From: Hormiphora californensis
Lineage: Eukaryota; Animalia; Ctenophora
NCBI GenBank assembly: GCA_020137815.1
Contig: CM035357.1
Coordinates: 2,728,001-2,792,000 of the forward strand
DNA: 64,000 nucleotides
Direction: 5' to 3'
The notes under the pieces were generated by a model. It saw only the letters and a list, made by a program, of their open reading frames with translations. It made no database searches and was not told where the DNA came from. Below, one piece after another: positions 1-10,404 of the stretch. A program made the translations under genes and the position numbers. Positions within the stretch are counted from its first letter, which is position 1. Each line of letters begins with the position of its first letter.

Positions 1-1712
1 CTCTTGGAGAGGTTGGATTGAACTTTATGGAGCCAGGAGCTAGGCCGTGAAGAATCTTCCAGCAATGGATAATTGAGTAACGCTCTCGACGTCTCTGCAA
101 GGACATTATACCAAGGTTCGAAAGCCGATCCCAGTAGTCGGTACCAGCTGATTCAATTTTGGCAACGAAGGAGCGCTGAACACTTTCAAGAGTCCTAATG
201 TCTGCAAGGGTGTAAGGATCCCAGAGAGGACACACATATTCTAAGTGGCTTCTGACGAGGGTTTTGTAGAGGGTAAGCATGGTTGTCTTATCCCTGGCCC
301 GGAAAACACTAAGAGCCCAGCTTGCCATCTTCTTGCCCTGGCTAGCCAGATTGGATATATGTTGAGAACCTGAAAGGCCGGAGTGAACAGTGAAACCCAG
401 GTCCTTGACAAATTCCTTCTCCTCTAACTGGCCATCATCAGGGAGGACGTACTTCCTAAAATTTTCTATGAAAGGGAGATGACGAAGGAGTGACCGATGT
501 TCATTGAAGGGCTCAGAGATAAGTAGATCGAATTTATTCGGGTGAAGTTTCATGTTGTTGAAAGAGGACCATGTTAAAGTAGCATCGAGGTCCTCCTGAA
601 GATCCAGGACATCCTGTTGGCAAATGATCCTCTTGCTAAGTCGGGTATCGTCAGCAAAGCGACCAACCTTTGAATGAGATACTGCCAAATCCAGGTCGTT
701 CACAAAAAGGATGAAAAGAATAGGAGCCAGAACGGTCCCTTGGGGAACACCGCTGATGATAGTAATAGGTCTGGAACTAGCTCCTTGGACAGTAACAGTT
801 TGTGTTCGACCGGAAAGAAATGATGATACCCAGTCAACAATTAATGGTGGGAATCCATAAGCATGGAGTTTCTTCAGTAGAAGGTTATGGTCTATGGAAT
901 CAAAAGCTTTCTGATAGTCCAAGTAAATGGTGTCTGTAGCTACACCTTCTATAAGACCATCTATAACATCACCTAGATGGTCCAGCAGTTGTGTCAGACA
1001 ACTTTTCCCACTACGGAAACCGTGCTGGTTAGGGGAAAGCAGGTTGTTATTCTCGACATAGTCAACAAAATGCTTCCTGACGACCCTTTCAAAGCATTTG
1101 ACAACATGTGACGTCAAGGAAATAGGCCGATAATTTCCAGGGTCAGATGTGGGACCCTTCTTGTGGAGCGGTAATATAGTTGCCCGTTTGTAGAACATAG
1201 GGACTATTCTTTCTTCAAGTGAACTTTTCCAAATCAATGATAGGGGAGTAGCCAGTTCATTACAACAGTGTTTCAGGAGTATAGCTGGTATACCATCAGG
1301 ACCGGATCCGGAACTAGGTTTCAGGTCTTTGAGGACAGAGATGATATCTGCATGAATGTCAGTCTGTAACATGTCGGGGAAAGGGAACTGAGGTACTGTT
1401 TCCGGGGCAGTCCACTGAAGGCCTTCAGCATTAGGGTCACTGAAGGAGGAAGAGAATTTAGACTGAAGGAGGTCTGCCATAGCCGCAGGGTCAGTGACTG
1501 CAGAGCCATCAGGGTCAAAGAGTAGCTTGATGGATGAATCGAGCCGGTTAAGTGATTTAGCGTAATTAAAGAAAACTTTGGGATTTAGTTTTAAGTTTCC
1601 GATCACCTTCTGTTCACGAGACTCAATTCTGTTCACGATTGCCTGGGCCATTTCTTCCTCTAGGGCAACGAGTTTTCTCTGCGCTGAACTAAGAGCAGCT
1701 GGGTTGGAAGTA
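1..1712 (-). mobile_element. CR1/L2/Jockey-group LINE, ORF2 reverse transcriptase region (5'-truncated, runs off window edge)
   Basis: Manual minus-strand translation is open: NPKVFFNY...GPDGIP...GNYRPISLTSHVVKCFERVV...NQHGFRSGKSC...YLDYQKAFDSIDH...SGVPQGTVLAPILF...FADDT...YKTLVRSHLEYVCPLWDP...SLQRRRER. Absent from the ORF track because no stop falls inside the window. Confidence 0.93.
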
Positions 1713-1717
1713 GGGAG

Positions 1718-1985
1718 GTGAGTTAGGGGTCAGGATGACCTGGGGAAGGGGGTGAGTTAGGGGTCAGGATAACCTGGGGAAGGGGGTGAGTTAGGGGTCA
1801 GGATAACCTGGGGAAGGGGGTGAGTTAGGAGGCAGGATGACCTGGGGAAGGGGGGTGAGTTAGGAGGCAGGATAACCTGGGGAAGGGGGGTGAGTTAGGA
1901 GGCAGGATGACCTGGGGAAGGGGAGTGAGTTAGGAGGCAGGATGACCTAGGGAAGGGGGTGAGTTAGGGGTCAGGATGACCTAGG
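1718..1985. repeat. G-rich minisatellite, ~34-bp unit x8
   Basis: Unit GTGAGTTAGG(GGT/AGG)CAGGAT(G/A)ACCTGGGGAAGGGG, directly abutting the LINE 5' truncation point. Confidence 0.95.
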
Positions 1986-3172
1986 GCTGCTGCAGGCTGC
2001 TGCAGTTGTAATTTGTGCGTCTGTTTGTCTGTGCGTCTGTTTGTCTGCAGCTGCTGCTCTGGAGTTACTTTCAAGACTAGCAAGAATTCTAACACATTTT
2101 ATACTTCACTGCGTGTTAAATGAAAATTAACTTCGTTTGTGATTTTATCCAAAATATTGAAGTAAGATTGCGATTTTGAAGCACATGTACACTTTTGTTC
2201 GATTAAGTTACTTTTAGGCATTTTGAATACAGTTCTGAAGAAGTATTTTTAGGAATGAAGTAATTACTGAAGTATATGCAAGTGAAGTACTTTTTAGGTG
2301 CTTTTGTTGCTATTATGATGAAGTATTTTTTTGAGTGAAGTAATTACTGAAGTATCTACCACGAAAAATTATGCTTCAGTCGATATCAGTCTAGCAACGG
2401 AAGTATTTTCAAAACTGTAATATAAGTGAAGTAACCAACAGAGTAAGGCATCAATTTTGATGCCTGACATCAATTTGAGACAAATTTGATGATAGCTGAT
2501 AATTGGAAGTCCTGCAGAATTCCTTCAGGATTCTTGTGGTATAAGTCATAAATCGTTTGACGTACTATTTGGGCTTCTATGACAATTTTAGTTCCGAAAA
2601 ACCCTCTAAAAAACTTTAAAGTCGATTTTCTCGAAACTTAAAAAATGCAAATACTTCATTCTAAAAAAAAGGGGCAGAATTGGTAGTCATATCTAGAGTT
2701 ATGACTGTCTTAAATATACGACGATTTTAAAAATCACTGAGAAAAGAGCGAATTAGCACCTAAAACCTGATTGTATCAGATATATCTGATTATCAATATC
2801 ATATCAAATGCTGATAACTAATCAATAATAGTAATCGCGGATAACTAACCACGATAACTTATCGCGAATAAGTAATATGTAATAGTAACCAATCGCAGAT
2901 AGCATATTCGCAGATAGCTAATCGCGATAGCAAATCGCGATAGCTTATAATACTTATATGTAACGGATTCGTGATCAGCTATCCGCGATTGGTTATCCGT
3001 GATTACTATAATATATTAGATATTCGCAATTGATATCCGAAATTGGACTTCTGCGATTATTATGAGGCTACCTACGATTGAAAAAGTCCGTGAATCCCCA
3101 ATCGTTTAATCGCGTTTATTAAATTCAGCTAATATTACAAAATGCATGTCGTAGTATAACAAAATGCCTGAT

Positions 3173-3615
3173 ACTAGATCCAAAAACCAAACAAGTTTGG
3201 TGGATAGCCGGGGCCGCAGCAATTAAAAAACGTGCGAAAGTTTTGATACATGAACTTTCGGGGCCTGGGGTGCTGTTAAATTCGCGTTTCCATGATAGTC
3301 AGCCGTTCTTTCAAAACACACTTGTATTTATATTCTGTAAAACAGATTCTGAAACGATCCACTGCGTGCAGTATATTATACGTGATATGTGTGGAGCTAT
3401 TTGTATGATAATGTGGAATCAAAAATAGTGATAACTTACAATCATTGCGATAGTTTTCCTGGCGTATAGTTTGAAAATGTTGCTGGTTATAATCATGGAA
3501 ACGCGAATTTAACAGCACCCCAGGCCCCGAAAGTTCATGTATCAAAACTTTCGCACGTTTTTTAATTGCTGCGGCCCCGGCTATCCACCAAACTTGTTTG
3601 GTTTTTGGATCTAGT
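3173..3615. mobile_element. MITE with 124-bp terminal inverted repeats
   Basis: 3173-3296 is the reverse complement of 3492-3615 (ACTAGATCCAAAAACC...GGTTTTTGGATCTAGT); 195-bp spacer; possible TA TSD. Confidence 0.85.
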
Positions 3616-4667
3616 TTGTTTAATTCTAAAGTGGATTATAACTCGAAATTATAAATGTGGACACACTATACCAACACCCCACTAAAAGGCAGAACACTAT
3701 ATTCACATTTAATGCACTGAACAACACACCATCACATTATCACTGGAGAAACACACTAAACAGCACTGAACACTGGAGAAACACACTTAACTGCACAGAG
3801 ACACCATGAAAATACACTGAACTGCACTGAGACACCATACACTATAACCTACCATCCAGGCACTCATACAAGTCATCATCTTCCAAAACTGAATCTTCTG
3901 GATTACAGTTTTACAGTTTGTAAGTACAGTCTGTTAGTACAGTAGTTTGTAAAAACATATTAGGGCTATCTATCTATCTCTATTATAATTTGGAAATGGG
4001 GGCGCCCGGGCGTCGAAGTCGAAGTATTTTGCGCTGCAGCCACACTAAAAAAGTTGTTTTATACTCTGCACGTACTACGTGCTTTGGTGGGGAAAGAGGG
4101 AATGATGAGATATCGCAATGAACATGAAATTTTTAGTCTTTGCCGGTATGTTATTCCGATTCAAAATTCTCTGAAAAATCGTTTTATCACTGGCCCGAAG
4201 TTTCATCTCAAAAAGGAAAAAATTCTACAGCCGTTTTAAATTAGGGACAATTTTTAGTTGTCGCCCGTTATTCAATGCAAATTGTAAAGAAACAGTGTGG
4301 TCTTATAATGCTCAAGAACTTGTGGCAGGTCAACAAGTATCTGGACAAAGATACCAAGATTATGTTGGTCAAGTGATTGGTCATTTCCCGGATTGGTTAC
4401 TGCAACATCCTTTACCATGGACTACCAAAGAGGATATTGAGGTATCTTTAGAAGACCCTGAATTCTTGTTTGAGTTTCATTTTCAATTTATTAAAGGGAC
4501 ATCAGGATGACTACACAGAATAATACAAGGAGGCACACATTCTTCTGGCATACAAGATTGTACGAGGCACTGCATTCAAGTATCTGATGGAGCTGGTCCC
4601 TCGTGATGACAATCCTGAACCAGTAAAATCAACCCGTTCTACCTCAGTGCCAGATTTATTGGATCAA

Positions 4668-4720
4668 GTTGGACACAAATTGTTGAACTGAACCGTTCAG
4701 TTCAACAATTAGTGTCCAAC
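4668..4720. repeat. 53-bp near-perfect palindrome
   Basis: GTTGGACACAAATTGTTGAACTGAAC-C-GTTCAGTTCAACAATTAGTGTCCAAC, one mismatch. Confidence 0.9.
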
Positions 4721-5159
4721 GTTCAGTGAACGTCATTAAAATTACTGTCCCATGAGTTCACCCTCTCGTATTATACAGAATTTGATAGTGCATTCAGCAT
4801 TCAACTCGGTATAAAAACAGTCTTTAAATCCTTTCTTTAACTCGAACAGCTTTAGGCTGTCTGGCGCCGCGACCCCATCTGAGCGCATTGAGAATCAAAT
4901 GGGGTATGGCGCCACAGGTTTTAGGATTAATACTATAAATCGAAATTTTATACTTCCGGCTATCCTAATTCATGTTATTCCTTTGCGTGACCACATCATA
5001 ATGTAAATCAAGCTCCCGAAAGCTGGATAGTTTTGACTCTTGATAGGATTTAGGCATAAATGATATTCAACATATAATCGGGGGCTTGCAAACCAAACTG
5101 AACACATCATGTATATTGAATAAATAAACTCGTTCCAGAATCTGATAATTAGGTTTTAG

Positions 5160-7947
5160 GATACTACTTACTTGTACTTGAAGGGGTCTCCTCAATCGTT
5201 AGAGTGGCCCGCGTCGGAATATCTCGCTCTTCTTGAAAATCGCCGCCACTCGTCACGATCTTGTGCTTTCCCCATCAAGTCCTCTTTGGTCTCATCAACT
5301 CCTGAAACAGCACAGGCATCCTCGCGGACACACTGCAGCCAAGTCTTCCTAGGTCGTCCTCTAGATCTCTTCCCGTGTCTAGGGACCCAGTTCATGAAGA
5401 TCTTCGGGATCCGATGTTCTGGCATCCTGGACACATGACCAAACCACCGTAGCCGGTTCGAGGAGATGTATCCCTGCACTGTACTGATTCCCGCTCTCTT
5501 CAAGACCTTAACATTGCTCACTTTGTTGTACCACCTGATTTTAAGGATACGGCGGAGACAGGTCTGGTGGAAAACCTCCAAACGGTGCATCTGTGCCTTG
5601 GTAGTGTTCCAGGTCTCACTCCCATACAGTAGGATGGTCAGGATCGCAGCCTCATAAATACGAATTTTTGTTCGCTCCAGGATGTTACGATTGTTCCAGA
5701 CCTTCCCCAAGCACCGGAATGCACCTGATCCCTTCCCAATTCTAGAAGCAAGTTCGCCATCCAGTTTCCCATCGTAACTTATCTTCGATCCCAGGTAGGT
5801 GAAATCTCTGACCTGACTAATTTCTGTGTCCCCTATGGTAAGACTGACTTCTGGTGGAGGCTGTACACTAGATTTAGCAACAGCCATGGCCTCGGTCTTC
5901 CTGGTGTTCACCTTCAGCCCGGCATACTCAGAAAACTTGCAGATTAAGTCAGTAGATTCCTGCAGCCCCGCCTCTGTGCTATCCATGACCGCCATGTCGT
6001 CAGCGTAGTCACAATCAAGTACCGTCTCTACTGAGTCTTCTTCCTGCCTCAGTACTAACCCTCGGGACGGACTTCCATGCGCCTCACTAAGCTCCACGGC
6101 CAGGTTCAGGCAGACATTAAGGGTACGCTAACCAAAAATTTTTTTCGAGTGCAGGGAAATCTCTCACCGTAGGGTTGTAGGCCATGCCAAGGAGACCTCA
6201 AATATGCAATTTGAGCTCTCAAGTCGAATTCATATTTTTGCTACAGCTGCTTGAAAAATGAACTGAAAATAAGTTTTTGGCATCTTAAAAATACATTTTT
6301 AAAGATGGGTTCATAAAAATTTGCGGATTTGAAGAGGACATAGAGGTGAGTAGCCACAAAATTTTTTTTTGAAATCCGAGCTGATTTCCGGTCCTGAGAT
6401 GGATTTCTTTTTTTTTACTTTAACGCCATATTTGGCAAAGTTCCGAAAACATGTGAAAGCTGTAAATTGGTCAAAAGTTGCGTCTAACGATTCTCTATAT
6501 GGCCATAAATTTTGGGCGCATCCTTATTTGAGATAAGCGGTACAGATTTTTTTTTGTGAAAGCCGTCATTTCAGAAATAAATAAATTTCCTGTATCTCAA
6601 AAACGGCTGATCGTAGAGACCTGAGACTATGCTTAAACGATTCAGAAGGTCCGATTTTGGGGGGGTCTTCTGAGAGACATTTTGCTCCTACTTCAACCGT
6701 TTTTGCTGTAATTGCGAAAAACGAATTCTATGAAAAGGACAAAAGCTAAACTCCAATATCCTGTAATTAGGGAATTTTAGCTAAGAAAGGACCGAAACTA
6801 TGGAAAATTGTTTAACAAGCTAATTTCTTCACTATTTGGTCCATATGGGTCCCTATAATCACCAAAAACAAAATCACAAAAAATCCACGATGGCGAAGAT
6901 GGGTTTTTGTTTTTCGCAATTACAGCAAAAACGGTTGAAGTAGGAGCAAAATGTCTCTCAGAAGACCCCCCCAAAATCGGACCTTCTGAATCGTTTAAGC
7001 ATAGTCTCAGGTCTCTACGATCAGCCGTTTTTGAGATACAGGAAATTTATTTATTTCTGAAATGACGGCTTTCACAAAAAAAAATCTGTACCGCTTATCT
7101 CAAATAAGGATGCGCCCAAAATTTATGGCCATATAGAGAATCGTTAGACGCAACTTTTGACCAATTTACAGCTTTCACATGTTTTCGGAACTTTGCCAAA
7201 TATGGCGTTAAAGTAAAAAAAAAGAAATCCATCTCAGGACCGGAAATCAGCTCGGATTTCAAAAAAAAATTTTGTGGCTACTCACCTCTATGTCCTCTTC
7301 AAATCCGCAAATTTTTATGATCCCATCTTTAAAAATGTATTTTTAAGATGCCAAAAACTTATTTTCAGTTCATTTTTCAAGCAGCTGTAGCAAAAATATG
7401 AATTCGACTTGAGAGCTCAAATTGCATATTTGAGGTCTCCTTGGCATGGCCTACAACCCTACGGTGAGAGATTTCCCTGCACTCGAAAAAAATTTTTGGT
7501 TAGCGTACCCTTAAACACCACAGGCCCCTGAATGTCACCCTGACCTGTGCCCGATAGAACCTCGAACCAATCCGACAGTCCACCAGCCCACCTTACTGCA
7601 CTGACAGTCCCATCAAAGAAGCTCCTGAGGATTCTGATGTATTTATCGGGGAGGCCATAGTACTTGAACGCAGCCCAAATGAACCCTCTGTTAATCGAGT
7701 CAAAAGCAGCCTTAAAGTCAATAAAATTGACAAAGAGGGGCAGGTTATACTCTGAAGCCTGGTGGATGGCCATCCTCAGTGAGAAAATCTGATCAATGCA
7801 GGATCGGCCCCTCCGAAACCCACACTGGTTTTCTCGTAGAAGTCTCTCGAGCCCATCCTCCATTCTGCCCAGAAGTACCATTTGAAAGAGCTTAGAGGTG
7901 GTGGCTCTAAGGGTAATTCCGCGGTTGTTTCCACATACCGATGAGGA
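5160..7947 (-). mobile_element. RTE-clade LINE (5'-truncated RT), split by a DNA transposon
   Basis: ORFs 7459-7881 (ENQCGFRRGRSCIDQIF, FIDFKAAFDS, GQGD) and 5192-6097 (YADD, LLYGSETW, RLRWFGHVSRM, RGRPRKTW) join in frame (GPVVF-NVCLNL) after removal of 6121-7514; CAAGTA-type 3' tail at ~5163-5181. Confidence 0.93.
6121..7510. mobile_element. Non-autonomous foldback element, Kolobok-type
   Basis: TTAA TSD at 6117-6120 and 7511-7514; termini GGGTACGC...GCGTACCC (RR..YY); ~602-bp near-identical inverted arms (6121-6722, 6909-7510); no coding capacity. Confidence 0.85.
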
Positions 7948-8808
7948 TTATTACTATAAATCTAAGTTGTATACTTCCGGGTATCCTAATTCATGTTTGT
8001 TTAGCAGGTTATTCCTTTGCGTGACCACATCATAATCAAGCTCCCGAAAGCTGGATAGTTTTGACTCTTGATAAGATAAATCGAAATATTTCCGGATATC
8101 TTAATTAATTAGGATACCCGGAGATATATTAAAAATTGAGATTTATCAAAATCGAATTATGCATCCAGTATTCAGCTCGGTATAAAAATAGTCAATCCTT
8201 TCTTTAATTCCAACAGGTTGTTCTTCTAGTACGTTGTAATAAATCAGCAGGGCTAGATTTGAGACGATCGGAGGTCTCTAATGTTCTGTCTAACAGTGGT
8301 CATCCGACATAATTATCACAGCTCGACGTGGGATTTGACGTGCGCATTCGTCGTGAGAGAGACGTAAAGACTAAGGAGAGAGAAGAGTTGAAGCGTGACA
8401 GCATTTACTTAGTGCGGTGCGTCTCTCTCATCTGGTCGAATGCCACGTCGAATCCCACGTCAGATTCCACGTCACATTATGACGGATGACCACTGTCTGG
8501 GAGAAGTTGTGTTTGCTTTGTGTTGGTTCATCAAACTGACAATAGTCCATTTCATACCGTACATGCAACTGTTGGTAACGCAGTTACCCCCCCCCCCTTT
8601 CCAGCACGCAAGGGTTATATCCTAACCACCATGACTGTAACTTCGTGCACGCAGCCCAAGTTACGTATGTTGCTTAAAGTCTATGTGGCCATCGTTCTCA
8701 ATCAACTATTTCATTTCAAAGAAAGTTGTTTTGACTGTTTCACATTGCTTTGTACTTTGTTGGTAGTATGTAACACCAATATAACCATTAGCTATTCATA
8801 CAGGAAAC

Positions 8809-9584
8809 ATGGCTTGTTTACGGAGCGTACTTATAGTCTTGGTGGTATTAATGCCAGCAATTTCCACGAAAGGCGTTTCCACGTGGTGTCAATACGATAA
8901 AAATTCCTGCACTACTACTCGTCTGGATCATACGCCTACTCCAGCCTGGATAGTGCCAAGGCGGCCTGTTTGGAGACGGATGATTGTCTGGGGATCACCC
9001 AGGAGCCTCTCAATTCGGGCAGATACACACTTCGGAAGGACATACGCCTTCATGACAGCCCCTCGGGGGAAACAACATACGTGCCCTGTGCAGGTTACTT
9101 CTCCTGTGACAAAATTGGGTTGAAATCGGTCCATGGAACGTTCCTGAGTGCCCAAGAGGATGGCACCGTCGACTGGGATAGGACTGAATATTTTAGCTGG
9201 GAGAATATTAAGTTTGAGCAGTTTGGTAAAGACACGTTTTTCTTGAAATCAACCCACGGCAAGTACCTAGCAGCAACCACTGACAATAGGCTGGAGTGGA
9301 ACCGAAGTTGGACTAGAAGCTGGGAAGGTATGTTCAAGGTATCCCAATTTGAGGACAAGATCTCCCTGAAGTCCATATATGGCAAATATCTGTCAGCACA
9401 GACTCAGAGAGATGGGACTGCTGACGTGGACCGAACCGCGGCTTACTCCTGGGAGTGGTTCACTGTCCACCCTCAGAGTTGCCTTAACAACATTGAGTGT
9501 GACTGCAGTAAGAGCATTGACAAGGATAATTATGAGCTAGAGAATATTGAGTACCAGGTTGAGGAAGCATTGGTACCACGCTAG
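8809..9584 (+). pseudogene. Secreted protein with Cys module + fascin-like beta-trefoil domain; frameshifted and C-terminally truncated
   Basis: Signal peptide MACLRSVLIVLVVLMPAIST; frameshift at the A5 run (~8899-8903) into KFLHYYSSGSYAYSSLDSAKAACLETDDCLGITQE...; three repeats LKSxHGxYLxA...W-E typical of fascin/actin-crosslinking-like trefoils; stop at the border of TE-like DNA. Confidence 0.7.
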
Positions 9585-9705
9585 TGTCTCCCACTAAGAT
9601 ACCTAAAACTTTTCGGCTATCGTATTTTTCCGATTTATCATTAATTTTAAGCGTTTTTTCGGAATTTTTTATCGTCTAGAAGTATGTGAAAAATAGGGGG
9701 TTTAC

Positions 9706-9775
9706 TTGGTAATGAAATTACCCCTCTGTTATTATTGCTCATGGTATGCAATAGAAGGGGTGACTTCGTAACCAA
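9706..9775. mobile_element. 70-bp MITE (TTGGT...ACCAA) with 9-bp TSD
   Basis: TIR TTGGTAATGAAATTACCCCT / AGGGGTGACTTCGTAACCAA; GGGGTTTAC on both sides; relatives at 54139-54190, 62284-62339 and a half copy at ~47270. Confidence 0.85.
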
Positions 9776-9944
9776 GGGGTTTACTGACAAATGAGAGGCA
9801 CAATTTAAAAATTGATAACGTAATATCTCCGGTTCCTGATGAGATACAGAAACCGTTTTGGTAGCGTTGGAAAGGTCTCATTAAGACCAATCCAACGCAA
9901 CCAAGGTTAAGTTAAGAAAAAAAAATACATTATTCTAATTGTAT

Positions 9945-10325
9945 AATTACCTGGTGTTCCACTCATGCGCTTGCCCTGTAGGAAGACATAGAATAGTTTG
10001 GAAAACTGAAACCGCAGTTGGAATTCAACAACACGTGCTATAAAATACACCTTAAAACCAGTTACGAAACACAAAAACGATATGAGTATGGGGTGGGGGG
10101 GGTTGAGGTATATAATATGATTCACGCAAGTGTATAATACAGTCGGGACCCGATTTACCGGGATGCTCGGGGGTTCTGCCCGGTAAATCGGGATCCGACT
10201 GTAATACTACCCAGCTTAACAACAATTTCAGTGACTCACTGAACCCTTGAACGATAGTCGTTCGGCGAAACTTTTCAGAGGACCCTGTTCATGGTCTTCC
10301 CTGTCTGGCCCCATCTTGGGAAGGG

Positions 10326-10404
<79 letters not shown>

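Noticed and set aside
3243-3545. Two opposite-strand ORFs with identical N-termini
   Set aside because: Artefact of the MITE inverted repeats.
4295-4670. Coding-like + strand stretch
   Set aside because: Contains stops and no recognisable motif or splice structure; cannot be supported as a gene.
6121-7510. piggyBac assignment based on TTAA TSD
   Set aside because: Termini are GGG...CCC (RR..YY), fitting Kolobok; piggyBac typically starts CCC/CAC.
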